32,000 nt of DNA, from assembly GCA_021203425.1 (NCBI GenBank), contig JAJQBF010000262.1:1-32000 (forward strand), written 5' to 3'. The notes beneath the pieces are model-generated. The model searched no databases. It had not been told where the DNA came from and saw only the letters and a program-made list of their open reading frames with translations. The position numbers and the translations under genes are program-made. Shown here one piece after another: positions 1-8,080 of this stretch; within the stretch, counting starts at the first letter, position 1, and every line of letters starts with the position of its first letter. Origin of the DNA: Clostridiales bacterium (GTDB lineage Bacteria > Bacillota > Clostridia > Lachnospirales > CAG-274).

Positions 1-165
1 AATTTGCTGGTAAATAGAAATATGTAAAGAATAACTTTTCGTGCGTTCGTCCTGCGAGGAGACCAGAAGCTATTTTGGGATGAGAGCAACTGGCAACCGT
101 TATGCGTTCAATGCCATAACGAAAAGACGCTGAAAGAGGATATAAACCCGGAATACAAGTATTGA
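1..165 (+). pseudogene. 3' remnant of an HNH endonuclease gene (HK97 gp74-like C-terminal motif)
   Basis: Frame 1 reads ...RGDQKLFWDESNWQPLCVQCHNEKTLKEDINPEYKY* (stop 163-165). This matches the C-terminal half of phage HNH nucleases (GD..LFWD..NWQ.LC..CH..KT). Stops occur in all three frames within nt 1-30, and no Asp-His precedes RGD, so only a 3' fragment seems to survive. The window edge limits certainty. Confidence 0.4.
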
Positions 166-184
166 AAATGGAGGAATATGCGAT

Positions 185-502
185 ATGCGAAATAACAGAA
201 AACAAAATAAAGCCGATTATGGCAGATTCGGAATAATCGCCGCTATTACAGCTGCGGTTATTTTTATTGTGGTAATTGCGGTGTCCTGTTGTGGGGCAAA
301 GAATGAAAACATTGATGTTGAGGGCTTGGAAAATGGGGCAAATAGTGGGGTAGCTACAGAAGCCGTTTCTACAGAAACCCACACAGCGGAAATTACGGAA
401 AGCCCAACAACAGAACCCCTTGAAACAGAGGACGCTACCACAGAGGAAAAAACCTTGAACCACGACCTTCCCGATACAAGCGGGTTTGGTGTACCCCTTT
501 AA
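185..502 (+). CDS. small membrane-anchored protein with Thr/Glu-rich linker; probably the N-terminal part of the downstream transglycosylase
   Basis: GGAGG at 171-175, 9 nt before ATG 185. One hydrophobic helix (FGIIAAITAAVIFIVVIAVSCC) is followed by a low-complexity linker. The ORF ends inside a C4/T3 run at 494-500, where the SLT frame is already open. Confidence 0.5.
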   Translation: MRNNRKQNKADYGRFGIIAAITAAVIFIVVIAVSCCGAKNENIDVEGLENGANSGVATEAVSTETHTAEITESPTTEPLETEDATTEEKTLNHDLPDTSGFGVPL

Positions 503-989
503 CACAGTGTCATTTGACTGGGACGAGGCTGCGCTTGACGGTTGGAGACACTACGACATACCAACGGAGTACAAGGAGACAGGCGGTTACTTCCCTGACG
601 CAATGCAGGTGTACACTTACGGCTTGTGTAAAGAGAATGGGCTCGACTACTCAATGGTTCTTGCCTTGATTGAAGTCGAGAATGGTTACAAGTACGATGC
701 AGTGAGTGTGAGCGGTGCTGTTGGTTATATGCAGATTGTTTCAAGGTACTACTCAGAGTATTCAGAAGAAGCTCTTCTCAATCCTTATCTTAACATTGAA
801 ACTGGCATTGACTACCTGAACGAACTGAGTGAGAGGTTTGATTCGAAAGAAGAGGTGTTGACAGCTTACCATTACGGCACTGTGGGAGCATATGCTCTTT
901 ATTGGAACAAGGGCAGGACAGGTTCTCCTTATTCAGATACAGTTTTGGAAGTGGCAGCAAGAATACAGGAGGAGCTTTTCGGAGCGTGA
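486..989 (+). CDS. lytic transglycosylase (SLT domain) protein
   Basis: Contains the SLT signature LALIEVENGYKYDAVSVSGAVGYMQI (catalytic Glu ... GxxGxMQ). The frame is open from nt 459 and has no convincing RBS or ATG of its own (the track start is TTG). This suggests a frameshifted fusion with 185..502. Confidence 0.75.
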   Translation: MVYPFNTVSFDWDEAALDGWRHYDIPTEYKETGGYFPDAMQVYTYGLCKENGLDYSMVLALIEVENGYKYDAVSVSGAVGYMQIVSRYYSEYSEEALLNPYLNIETGIDYLNELSERFDSKEEVLTAYHYGTVGAYALYWNKGRTGSPYSDTVLEVAARIQEELFGA

Positions 990-1320
990 AGGCTGACCCC
1001 TCCGGGGCGGTCTGAATCTCTGTGGGGCAAAAGCCCTAGGAACGGTGCGGCCCTTTCTGTTAATTACCGCAAATTTCATAGACCACGGCCCCTTTGTGGT
1101 TTGGGGCTTGAAATGAGCGTGTAAAAATTAACAACCGGATTTTACGAAAACCTATGATTTTCCCTGAAATATCATAAAAATCGTGGGTTTTGGCATGATT
1201 CGGTTGAATCAGAAGTAAAGATAAATCGCCGCAAAAAATGCGGCGGTTCGGAAGAAAAAATAAATCTTCTTTATAGCTTTTTTAATATTTTTTATGAAAA
1301 AAGCATAGACTTTCGGCGCA

Positions 1321-1980
1321 ATGTGGGAAGTTTTTAGCGGAGTTTTGACGCAGCAAGGATTTTTTGAAAGGACAGTGAGTGCTTTGAAACCGACAATGGA
1401 ATTACTTATGGCTGATTTGTTTCCCGACGGTACTTTGGAAGAGTTAGCCGAGGAAAGTGTAAAAAAGTTGTGCTTGGAATGTGGTAAGTCATTAGAACAG
1501 AAACCCACAGGCAGACCTAAAAAGTTCTGCTCAGATAAATGCAGGAGCCGCTGGCATTCAAAGCACCCGGCTCCCGAAAACTGGTCAAGTACAAGAGTTG
1601 CTCTGTGTCCCCAGTGCGGCGGTGAATTTTTGGCAAGCCGTGAGACACCGAAACCGAGAAAATATTGCAGCCGAGCCTGTGCGAACAGGGCAAGGGCAAA
1701 GAAAAAACAAGAAAGGAGAAAACTAATGGGAGTTCTATATGATGTGGCGGTTGAAGGCAAAGCACTTAAGACCGTCGGAGTTTTTACGGTCAGCAATACG
1801 CTGGCAATTTGTGTACATGAGATTGACTATACGGATGACCAGGTTTTGGCCTCCAGCAATGGCGACAGTCCTAAGTGGTACCCGATAACGGAACAGAAAA
1901 ATAAGGACACAGGTGAATGGGAGCAGGGCTTTATGTTCAGCTCTTTTTTCATACTGTTTTCCGAAGTTATGAGAGTGTGA
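1321..1980 (+). CDS. zinc-ribbon protein (two CxxC...FCSxxCR-like motifs), read through into an 84-aa conserved small protein
   Basis: Motifs CLECG...KKFCSDKCRSRWH and CPQCGG...RKYCSRACANRA. A strong internal RBS (GAAAGGAG, 1711-1718) precedes an in-frame ATG at 1726. A TAATG stop/start overlap lies out of frame at 1724-1728. This implies two ancestral genes (about 1321-1726 and 1726-1980). The 5' start is uncertain (ATG 1321, 1396 or 1408). Confidence 0.5.
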   Translation: MWEVFSGVLTQQGFFERTVSALKPTMELLMADLFPDGTLEELAEESVKKLCLECGKSLEQKPTGRPKKFCSDKCRSRWHSKHPAPENWSSTRVALCPQCGGEFLASRETPKPRKYCSRACANRARAKKKQERRKLMGVLYDVAVEGKALKTVGVFTVSNTLAICVHEIDYTDDQVLASSNGDSPKWYPITEQKNKDTGEWEQGFMFSSFFILFSEVMRV

Positions 1981-1999
1981 AGGAAAGGAGAAGAGCAAA

Positions 2000-3298
2000 A
2001 TGAAAATGGACAAATTAAACATCCGCACAATGAAATTGGCGGATTTAAACCCTGCGAAATACAATCCGAGAAAAGAACTTAAACCCGGTGACTCCGAGTT
2101 TGAAAAGTTGAAAAATTCTATTAAGAATTTTGGCTACGTGGAACTGATTGTGGTCAATGAGGCAAATGACAATACAGTTATTTCAGGACATCAGAGATTG
2201 TCGGTGCTGAAACATCTCGGTGAGACGGAAGCAGAGTGTGTAATTGTCAATATGAATGAGGCTGACGAAAAAGCCCTTAATATTGCTATGAACAAGGTTT
2301 CCAGTGAATGGGATACCGTTAAGCTGGCAGACCTGCTTGATGATTTGAAGTCACTTGACTATGACCTTCAATTTACAGGTTTTGATGCGGCGGAAATAGA
2401 TGATTTGTTCAGCAATGTACACAACAAGGATATAAAAGAAGATAACTTTGATGTGGAAGAGGAACTTAAGCGTCCGGCATTCTCAAAGCTGGGTGACATC
2501 TGGCATATTGGAAAACACAGAGTAATCTGCGGCGACTCCACTTTGCCGGAGACTTACGAAAAGCTGCTTGACGGAATCAAAGTAAATCTTGTGTGTACGG
2601 ATCCTCCGTATTTCGTGAACCTTGAAAGCACCTCCGGGAAAATAAGAAACGATGACCTTGATGACAAATCTGCTCTTGAGTTCCTTATGAAAGTTTTTAA
2701 ATGCTTTCATGATTTTATGGCAGAGGATGCTTCAATTTATGTTTTTTATGCTACTGCAAAGACCCGTATTTTCTTTGACGCTTTTGAGGACTGCGGCTTT
2801 AAGGTAGGTGTCGGTCTGGTGTGGAAGAAAGACAGACTTGTTCTTACAAGGACGGATTGGAAATATCTCCATGAGCCACTCATATTCGGCTGGCGTAAAG
2901 ACGGAAGACATCGTTGGTACGGAGATCAGAAGCAGACGACTGTATTTGAATTTCCTCGTCTCAAAAGTTCAAAGGAAGAAGGTTTTGGACATCCGTCCAA
3001 CAAGCCTGTACCACTGCTTGCTTATCTCATCAGGCAAAGTTCTATGACAAACGGTGTTGTGTTAGACGGATTTCTCGGTTCCGCATCTACTTTGATTGCC
3101 TGTGAGCAACTTGACCGTGTTTGCTGCGGTGTGGAAATTGAAGAAAAATATGTGGACTGTGCTGTGAAAAGATATATCCAGTTTAAAGAAGGCAACAGCT
3201 CTGATGTGTATGTTATTCGAGACGGTCAGAAGCTGACCCTTGATGAAGTGCTGCAGTTGACAGAGGAAGGAGGCACAGACGATGTCATTAATAATTGA
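2000..3298 (+). CDS. ParB-like nuclease domain fused to an N6/N4 DNA methyltransferase
   Basis: RBS AAAGGAGAAG lies upstream. The N-terminus has the ParB-type motif (VISGHQRLSVLKHLG). The C-terminal half has the DPPY motif (VCTDPPYF) and the FLGSAST AdoMet-binding region. Confidence 0.85.
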   Translation: MKMDKLNIRTMKLADLNPAKYNPRKELKPGDSEFEKLKNSIKNFGYVELIVVNEANDNTVISGHQRLSVLKHLGETEAECVIVNMNEADEKALNIAMNKVSSEWDTVKLADLLDDLKSLDYDLQFTGFDAAEIDDLFSNVHNKDIKEDNFDVEEELKRPAFSKLGDIWHIGKHRVICGDSTLPETYEKLLDGIKVNLVCTDPPYFVNLESTSGKIRNDDLDDKSALEFLMKVFKCFHDFMAEDASIYVFYATAKTRIFFDAFEDCGFKVGVGLVWKKDRLVLTRTDWKYLHEPLIFGWRKDGRHRWYGDQKQTTVFEFPRLKSSKEEGFGHPSNKPVPLLAYLIRQSSMTNGVVLDGFLGSASTLIACEQLDRVCCGVEIEEKYVDCAVKRYIQFKEGNSSDVYVIRDGQKLTLDEVLQLTEEGGTDDVINN

Positions 3299-3920
3299 CG
3301 AGAGTATGTTCGGTAAGCCGCTTCGGGTTAGCGGCACTATTGTTTTGGAAGATGTCTCCGAAGATGCTGAGGCTGTAGAAACCGAGGTTGGTACAGATAC
3401 TGATACTGAAGAAATAAATACAGAAGGACAGGATACCGAAAGTCAGAGTTCAGATAGTCAAGAAGAGCAGGATACAGCCGAACAGCAGGAAACACCGGAG
3501 ACAGACGAGGTAGATACAGGTTCAGTTGATGATGCCGAGAATGACGGAAACACAGAAGTTATCGGTTATGGCAAACTGCGGACAATGATGAATATCAGAA
3601 ATAAAAATTCTTTGGACTCTGAGATTGTGACCATCTATAAGAAGGACACCATTGTTCCAATTCTTCAGTATTGCAGTAATTCATGGGCGAGGATAGTCTG
3701 TGAAGAAACTGACTGCGGTTATGCCTATGTTTGCAATACAAACAATGTATATCTGATTATCGGCAAGAGTATCTACACTGTGGAAAAGGGAGATACCATA
3801 AAATCTATTGCCGCTGCCTTGCTGGGAGATGAGGAACGGTACACAGAAATTAAAAGCCTAAATGAATTTTCCTCAAACGTCATTGCAGAAGGACAGGTTC
3901 TTCTGATACCGGAGGTGTAA
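3282..3920 (+). CDS. acidic-linker protein with SH3b-like and LysM peptidoglycan-binding domains
   Basis: GGAGG upstream of ATG 3282. The D/E/T-rich low-complexity N-half is followed by an SH3b-like segment (MNIRNKNSLDSEIV...NSWARI...GYAYV). A LysM segment follows (YTVEKGDTIKSIAAALLGDEERYTEIKSLN...GQVLLIP). Confidence 0.65.
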   Translation: MSLIIDESMFGKPLRVSGTIVLEDVSEDAEAVETEVGTDTDTEEINTEGQDTESQSSDSQEEQDTAEQQETPETDEVDTGSVDDAENDGNTEVIGYGKLRTMMNIRNKNSLDSEIVTIYKKDTIVPILQYCSNSWARIVCEETDCGYAYVCNTNNVYLIIGKSIYTVEKGDTIKSIAAALLGDEERYTEIKSLNEFSSNVIAEGQVLLIPEV

Positions 3921-3923
3921 CCG

Positions 3924-4172
3924 ATGACAGAAAATTATGAACAGAATAAAAAGCAACTGACCCTTGGCAGTCTTTTCTCAGGCTCCGGGGGTTTTGAATT
4001 GGTGGGGGTTCTTGCCGGGATTAAACCTGTTTGGAAATCAGATGTTGAACCCTTCGCTATAGCAGTAACAAATAAACGTTTTCCAGATGTGAAACATTAT
4101 GGAGATGTTTCAACTTTGAAAGGTGGTGAATTGGGGGCTGTCGATATTATTACTTTCGGCTCCCCCTGTTAG
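3924..4172 (+). CDS. C5-cytosine DNA methyltransferase, fragment 1 of 3 (motifs I-IV; stops right after the catalytic Pro-Cys)
   Basis: Motif I LFSGSGGFE and motif IV ITFGSPC are followed immediately by TAG (4170-4172). The expected continuation QDMSIAG is in the +1 frame. Confidence 0.8.
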   Translation: MTENYEQNKKQLTLGSLFSGSGGFELVGVLAGIKPVWKSDVEPFAIAVTNKRFPDVKHYGDVSTLKGGELGAVDIITFGSPC

Positions 4173-6105
4173 CCAAGATATGAGTATTGCCGGAAAAAGA
4201 TCGGGATTGGACGGAGAGCGTTCAGGTCTTTTTTATGAGGCAATCCGTATCATAAAAGAAATGAGGTGTGCAACAAATGGACAATATCCAAGATATGCAG
4301 TCTGGGAGAATGTTTTCGGAGCTTTCAGTTCCAACAAAGGAGAAGATTTCAAAGCAGTCCTCGAAGCGTTCATCCAAATTGCCGAGCCAAAAGCCCCTCC
4401 GGTGCCTATGCCTGAAAAAGGGACCTGGCCCTATGCTGACATTTTACTGGGAGACGGATGGAGCATTGCTTACAGAACTCTTGACAGTCAATGGTGGGGA
4501 GTTCCCCAACGACGTCGTCGAATCTTCCTTGTCGCAGATTTTGGAGGCAGGAGTGCAGGAGAAATATTATTTGTCAGCGAAGGCTTGTCTGGGTATACTC
4601 CGCAGGGCTTCCGCACGTGGAAAGGAACTGCCGGAGATTTTACGCAAGGCACTGGAGCGGCAGGCGGCGGCAGGAGAAGTGAAGGAGAACGAATAGTTTT
4701 AAATGACCAAGGCGGTCAGCGTATGGATGTAACGGAAGATGTCACCTGTACCTTACGTGCTGAAGCTCACCATCCTCCCTGTGTTATTGATGGTGCGGCG
4801 GGGTTTTGCACTGAGCATTCCGCAAAGAGCCGGAGCATTGAATATGAGGAAGAGAAAAGTCCAACGCTCCGAGCCGGAGTTGTTCCGGCTGTACAGATGT
4901 ATGAAAAGCACTCACAAGATACACGATACACAGGACCGTTGGAGGTTGCACCAACAGTAAGTGCTACCTACGGCATGGGCGGAAATAATCAGCCGTTTGT
5001 GACAGAGGCAGAGCAGATTCCGCAGGCTCTTCGTATGCGTCAGGGTAAATCCGGCGGCGGAAAAGGTCCATTAATACAAGGTAACCTTTCGGGTACTCTC
5101 GGCTGCAGCAATGACCAAACTGTATTTGTGCCTGAACCGAAATCTTGTTATTGGGACGGTTCCCAAACTGTAGGAACACTGACCCATAGAAATGCGAGCG
5201 GTTCACAGCGTATGCCGGATAAGGAAAATTTCAATTGTGTATTGGAAAAATCGCATAAACAAAAAGCCTATGGCATAAGTGCTTTTAAGTCAAATGCTAT
5301 GCTTTCGGATAATCCTCACTCCGGCATTTACGAAGCGGAAACAAGCAGAACTCTTAACTGCAATGGCGGATCACCTATAAATCAACAAGGCGGCATTGCC
5401 ATTGTGGAAGAAGAGTCTGTGGCGTTTGCCCAGAACCAACGTAACGAGGTCAGAAATTTAGAAGATAAGACCGGGACTTTACAAGCAGAACCGGGAATGA
5501 AACAGCAGACCTATGTTTTGCAGGGCAATACGATAGGCAGGTCTGATAAGAACGGTTCGTGGGGCTGTGGGGTTAGTGAGGATGTGTGTTATACGCTTAC
5601 CGATGTTGGCCGCCATGCGGTTGTTGCTCCCGATCCCGTTGCGGCTCCCGACCCTGTGTATTCAATGACCACAGGTTCTTATATGAATATTTCTGAGGAG
5701 AAATCACCTACGCTGTTGGAACGTGATTATAAAGACCCGACTGCAGTGGCACCTGTGCCTATGGATACAGGAAAGGAAAACGACCCCAGTTATGGTATAG
5801 ACAGAGCAGCATTCAATCAAGGAAAGAACGCAAAGTTCGGTTTCTCTATTGAAGAGGAATTATCTCCAACACTTGTATCAAAAGGACCGAATGCTGTGTC
5901 TAAAACGGAAACCCATTATACTGTGAGACGATTGACACCTACAGAGTGTGCCAGACTGCAGGGCTTTCCTGACTGGTGGTGCAGCGATTTGGGAAATCCG
6001 AATCCAACGGACGAAGAGCTTAAACTTTGGATGGACGTTTGGGAAACTCACAGGCAGGTAATCTCTCACGCTTCAAAACCGAAAAGCAGGTGCGTAAATG
6101 GTTAG
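4123..6105 (+). CDS. C5-cytosine DNA methyltransferase, fragment 2 of 3 (motifs IV-IX with a very long variable region)
   Basis: True homology starts about nt 4171 (SQDMSIAGKRSGLDGERSGLF). Also present are ENV (AVWENVFGA), motif VIII (PQRRRRIFLVA) and motif IX (RRLTPTECARLQGFPDWW). About 420 aa between VIII and IX carry nine TL-dipeptide modules plus one TV variant. Confidence 0.85.
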   Translation: MVNWGLSILLLSAPPVSQDMSIAGKRSGLDGERSGLFYEAIRIIKEMRCATNGQYPRYAVWENVFGAFSSNKGEDFKAVLEAFIQIAEPKAPPVPMPEKGTWPYADILLGDGWSIAYRTLDSQWWGVPQRRRRIFLVADFGGRSAGEILFVSEGLSGYTPQGFRTWKGTAGDFTQGTGAAGGGRRSEGERIVLNDQGGQRMDVTEDVTCTLRAEAHHPPCVIDGAAGFCTEHSAKSRSIEYEEEKSPTLRAGVVPAVQMYEKHSQDTRYTGPLEVAPTVSATYGMGGNNQPFVTEAEQIPQALRMRQGKSGGGKGPLIQGNLSGTLGCSNDQTVFVPEPKSCYWDGSQTVGTLTHRNASGSQRMPDKENFNCVLEKSHKQKAYGISAFKSNAMLSDNPHSGIYEAETSRTLNCNGGSPINQQGGIAIVEEESVAFAQNQRNEVRNLEDKTGTLQAEPGMKQQTYVLQGNTIGRSDKNGSWGCGVSEDVCYTLTDVGRHAVVAPDPVAAPDPVYSMTTGSYMNISEEKSPTLLERDYKDPTAVAPVPMDTGKENDPSYGIDRAAFNQGKNAKFGFSIEEELSPTLVSKGPNAVSKTETHYTVRRLTPTECARLQGFPDWWCSDLGNPNPTDEELKLWMDVWETHRQVISHASKPKSRCVNG

Positions 6106-6221
6106 CTAATCCCTACTCCGATAGTGCTGTTTACCGTCTTTACGGCAATAGTATCGCTTTACCCTGCGGTTATTTTGTTCTGCGCGGTATCGCCTGGGCG
6201 GCTGAAAAAGAAAAAAAGTAA
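6027..6221 (+). CDS. C5-cytosine DNA methyltransferase, fragment 3 of 3 (motif X)
   Basis: KTEKQVRKWLANPYSDSAVYRLYGNSIALPCGYFVL contains motif X (GNSIALP). It joins fragment 2 if the A4 run at 6075-6078 were A5. Confidence 0.8.
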   Translation: MDGRLGNSQAGNLSRFKTEKQVRKWLANPYSDSAVYRLYGNSIALPCGYFVLRGIAWAAEKEKK

Positions 6222-6228
6222 TAACATA

Positions 6229-6275
6229 GTCCGCTGTATTCCTGAGTAGGAATCCCACTTAGTGATACGGCGGAC
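6229..6275 (+). terminator. long hairpin immediately after the C5-MTase stop (possible terminator or RNA element)
   Basis: GTCCGCTGTAT (6229-6239) pairs with ATACGGCGGAC (6265-6275), giving an 11-bp stem with one G-U. The 25-nt loop holds an inner TCCT/AGGA hairpin. The downstream U tract is weak. Confidence 0.3.
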
Positions 6276-6451
6276 AGGTTTATTACATAAACTGCACAAA
6301 TACAAAACCCAAAATTGTGAAATAGGTAAAATCTGATAATAATCAGAAAAATGATTTGCAATTTTTATCGAAAAGAGTGATTAATACAATAACCAAAAGA
6401 AAGGAGCGATGATGCTATGATGAAATTTGAAAAAACATTGATGACCGTAAG

Positions 6452-7387
6452 GTGCTTGTAAAGCGGTTGAAAGAGCTGACAGGCTTGCATTCGGTTTATA
6501 CTTTTATGCCGAGGAGCGCATTTGAAATCGGACAATATACTGTTGAAAGGGATGGCAGCCTGACTGTGGAAGAAGCCGAAACGGATACTGCTGTGCTGAA
6601 CACACTTCTTGACGAAGGTTTGATTATCGGTGACTTGCCGGAAGAAACAAATGTGGAAACTACCGAAACTTCCGAGATTGCCGAAAGTGAGACTGCCGAA
6701 GCCGAAAATGCAGACTGCTTAAGCATAAGTTTCCCGGTTTCACAGCACACAGGAAATTCCCTGCGAAATCTTATCCGCTTGCTTTACAGCCGAGGCGATA
6801 TGATTAACAAGGCTGTGGGTTCACACTTCAGAATAGACAAGGGTTTGATTAAGGCGCTTTCCGATGATCGCTGTACCTACAGCCCTGTCAGCCTGAGAAC
6901 AGCCGTTGAAGATTATGAAAATGAAAACGGTACTTCAATGTCAGGTATTAAAATCACTGATGAGGAAGTCACATTGACAGGCTTTCCTCTTACGGAGGAT
7001 TCAAACCTTACCAAAGCCTGTACTGAGCTTGCTGTACTGATGAATAAAATGTCAATCAAGCAGAAAAGGATTCAGGCAAAGGAAATTGACTCCGAAAATG
7101 AGAAATACGCTTTTAGGATTTGGCTTTTGCGTTTGGGTATGAACGGCACAGAATACAAACAGACAAGAAAACTTCTTATGGAGAACTTGGAAGGAAACTG
7201 TGCCTTCCGAACAGAAGAGGAAACCGAGAAATTCAAGGTCAAGGAAAAGCAGAAACGTGACGCATTGAAAGCAACGAAAGCCGCTGAACAGGACAGTGCT
7301 GATGAGGATAACGTCTCTGAACAGGACAGTGCCGATGAGGATAATGTCTCCGAGCAGGACAGTGCCAATCAGGACAATTCTGAATAA
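6452..7387 (+). CDS. conserved mobile-element protein of unknown function with C-terminal acidic tandem repeats
   Basis: Long ORF whose track start is GTG with no RBS. A well-placed RBS (AGGAG, 6402-6406) and ATGATG at 6417 open a 14-codon ORF in another frame. Adding one A to the A6 run (6430-6435) gives MMKFEKNIDDRKVLVKRLKELTG. The gene is therefore probably 6417..7387 with a frameshift. Confidence 0.65.
   Translation: MLVKRLKELTGLHSVYTFMPRSAFEIGQYTVERDGSLTVEEAETDTAVLNTLLDEGLIIGDLPEETNVETTETSEIAESETAEAENADCLSISFPVSQHTGNSLRNLIRLLYSRGDMINKAVGSHFRIDKGLIKALSDDRCTYSPVSLRTAVEDYENENGTSMSGIKITDEEVTLTGFPLTEDSNLTKACTELAVLMNKMSIKQKRIQAKEIDSENEKYAFRIWLLRLGMNGTEYKQTRKLLMENLEGNCAFRTEEETEKFKVKEKQKRDALKATKAAEQDSADEDNVSEQDSADEDNVSEQDSANQDNSE
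7286..7384 (+). repeat. 3 x 33-bp in-frame tandem repeat (EQDSADEDNVS)
   Basis: Units at 7286-7318, 7319-7351 and 7352-7384. The first two are nearly identical and the third is diverged. They encode the C-terminus of the 6452..7387 protein. Confidence 0.9.
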
Positions 7388-7520
7388 TGGGGAGGCCGAA
7401 AAATTTGAGGCCGCTCTTCCATTATAGACATGTTAACTCTGAAATGTGTATTTATCAAGTGATTTTTGCATAGTAATGTGCACAAATTTATGGCAAGCAA
7501 AAGACTGTATCTTTGGTGGA

Positions 7521-7624
7521 TTTATTATCGAAAAATGACTGGATATATCTCCGAATAGATGGTAATATGTGTTTAACCGAAGGGGAACACCCCACGGAAA
7601 TCAAAAAAACGGAGGATTTACAAA
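7521..7624 (+). promoter_or_regulatory. conserved promoter and 5' leader cassette, copy 1
   Basis: A/T-rich TTTATTATCGAAAAA. Putative -35 TGGATA (7540-7545), a 17-nt spacer, -10 TAATAT (7563-7568). Hairpin CCGAAGGGGAACACCCCACGG (7577-7597), A-rich tract, GGAGG (7611-7615), ATG 7625. Confidence 0.6.
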
Positions 7625-7849
7625 ATGAAAAAGAACACATTTACAGAGGACTACAGAACATTCAAAACCTACGAAGCCGAGTACCGCGCAGCCGAGAACG
7701 AGGCAGACAGAGAGGCAGTAAGAAAGAAGGTCAACGAATTTTACGCAGGGATTGACGCAAAGGGCAAGGATTATGAAAGGCTTTACAGCCTTTACACAGA
7801 GGCTCAGGAAAGGGGCAACGAATACATCGACATTCGTGATAACATTTAG
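7625..7849 (+). CDS. cassette 1 small protein (N-terminal part; the reading frame continues past an in-frame TAG to 8071)
   Basis: Strong RBS. TAG at 7847-7849 is followed by 73 more open codons in the same frame (DKDVKALINSFRKYGIEKFTFSSTWSS...), ending at TGA 8069-8071. A terminator follows directly. The second half has no RBS or start of its own. Confidence 0.7.
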   Translation: MKKNTFTEDYRTFKTYEAEYRAAENEADREAVRKKVNEFYAGIDAKGKDYERLYSLYTEAQERGNEYIDIRDNI

Positions 7850-8080
7850 GACAAGGATGTAAAAGCCTTAATTAACAGCTTCCGCAAATACGGAATTGAA
7901 AAATTTACCTTCAGCTCTACTTGGTCAAGCACAGCTGAAACAGCATGGCTTTTCCTTCAGAACGGCTGTACCTTGGAAGGCATGACTGAGCTTCATGGAT
8001 ATGAAAAGATTACTTTAGGAAAAGAAAGAGAATTTGAAACAATTCACGGATACGTTTTCAAAATAAACTGATATAGCGGC

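Noticed and set aside
990-1135. tRNA, tmRNA fragment or att-site remnant in the GC-rich intergenic segment
   Set aside because: There is no GTTCGAATC-type T-loop, no cloverleaf arrangement of stems, and no CCA or acceptor pairing that I could find.
1209-2064. Minus-strand ORFs 1209..1796, 1517..1765, 1735..2064 and 1827..2030
   Set aside because: They are antisense shadows of the + strand Zn-ribbon gene. They lack RBSs, have low-complexity odd composition, and overlap recognisable + strand motifs.
4268-4960. Alternative-frame + strand ORFs inside the C5-MTase (4268..4696, 4491..4682, 4739..4960)
   Set aside because: They overlap the frame that carries the canonical methyltransferase motifs (ENV, QRRRRIF), and they have no RBS.
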